DNA of 53,852 bases, the filler included, from Sluysia triapertura (Eukaryota), in NCBI GenBank assembly GCA_046118255.1. It is 4 parts of 4 records of this genome, joined end to end, with 100 filler letters (N's around TTAATTAATTAA, not from the genome) between each part and the next. Parts side by side here need not be neighbours in the genome. Positions count along the whole stretch, not along the records: positions 41,522 to 53,852 come from JBJNIA010118751.1; 3 more parts are not named here. The stretch is one strand, 5' to 3'. Both the position numbers and the translations under genes were made by a program. The notes under the pieces were generated by a model. The model made no database searches and was not told the origin of the DNA. It saw only the letters and a list, made by a program, of their open reading frames with translations. Of this stretch, positions 52,766 to 53,852 are shown in pieces. How positions within the stretch are numbered: position 1 is the first letter of the stretch; each line of letters opens with the position of its first letter.

Positions 52766-53852
52766 GTAACATTTTCATTTATTTATTTTTTATAAAATAA
52801 TTATTTATAAATTTAAATTATTTTATATAGTTTTTGGGAAAGTTCCGTTCGTTTTTTTAAAGAATAAAAAATAATTAAATAACAGCAATTTTTGGGAATC
52901 CCCTTTTATTTATTTAAATGTTATTTTGTTGGAATCTTTTCTTGTTTAATAAAAATTATTTTTTGGGAGTTCCCTTTTATTTATAGATTTTAAGAATCAT
53001 CATAGAAAATAAGAATTGAATTTTTTGAGTCGGTGCAACTTTTTGTTAATTATTATGTGATTTTTCATTGGGTATTTACTAAATTTTGGCTAGTTTTGAT
53101 AATAACTTACTGTTGTATCTTTCATTAGTTTGAATATATTTGGAGTTGTATTATTAAACTGAGTCTAATAATTCATATTTAATTTTGTGGTTATTAAATT
53201 TAAGAAAATCTCAGACTAAATTAACCTTTTTATTGAGTTGTTGCTGTTTATCTCATTTAAAGGCGCAACACTTTTCTTATTGATAAAATGTTATGTTAAA
53301 TTTCATTATTTTTAAAATTAAGAAAAATAATAAAATAGTAAATTAAATTAATTTATTAATTAATTAATTTTCATTTTATAATTGAAATTTATTCAATATC
53401 TCAATAATTCAATAAAACTAAGGTTTAGGTTCACATGTTTAGATACAGGTAAAACGAATAATTAATTTACAAAATGTAAAATCTCGATAATCTTAGAGTT
53501 GGATCAACAAAGTTATTGACATAGTTTAACTTTTTCATAACGTAAAATATTTAAATGATCATAAGTAATTTAAAAAATAACATTAATAGTAAAAATAATG
53601 CTAATAATATATAAATAATCAAAATCTTTCATAACACCTTCATCTTGTTATTGTATGATTAGAATATTAACTTTTATTTAGTCAGGCATCTGTTAATATT
53701 GCATTTCTTATTAACAGAATACAAAGAAATCATTAATTTTGTTTTCTATAATTTCCAACTTTTTATCGATGCTTCGAATGGATTTAATTTTCAAATTATA
53801 CAAACACAATAAATAGGAATTTTATTATCAAAATAGGTTTTGTATCACATAT

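Overview
This is very AT-rich eukaryotic (animal) DNA. A flatworm such as a triclad planarian is likely; this is inferred from signature segments of an 18S rRNA relic, short AT-rich introns and (AAT)n tracts. The window is an artificial concatenation of four contigs joined by N44-TTAATTAATTAA-N44 linkers (15113-15212, 27228-27327, 41422-41521), plus one ordinary gap (38266-38416). Supported genes: (1) an intact, intronless type-II-membrane FkbM-family methyltransferase (23735-24613); (2) a multi-exon minus-strand gene for a divergent KIF26/VAB-8-like kinesin with a degenerate motor (about 33049-37941), carrying a deleted 18S rRNA pseudogene in one intron; (3) an isolated axonemal dynein heavy chain (DNAH5/8-like) exon on the opposite strand. 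Less certain are an hnRNP F/H-like exon, a frameshifted CLUAP1/IFT38 fragment, a RING pseudogene and an arrestin-like ORF. Most remaining recognisable sequence is decayed transposons: L2-like LINEs (including an inverted pair), pogo/Tigger, Tc1/IS630, piggyBac and hAT ends, Chapaev3-like, Mag-like Gypsy, and a tRNA-derived repeat. An 18.4-21.9 kb cluster of compact orphan ORFs with palindromes and a perfect heat-shock element is unexplained. All homology calls are by eye from remembered motifs; no searches were run.
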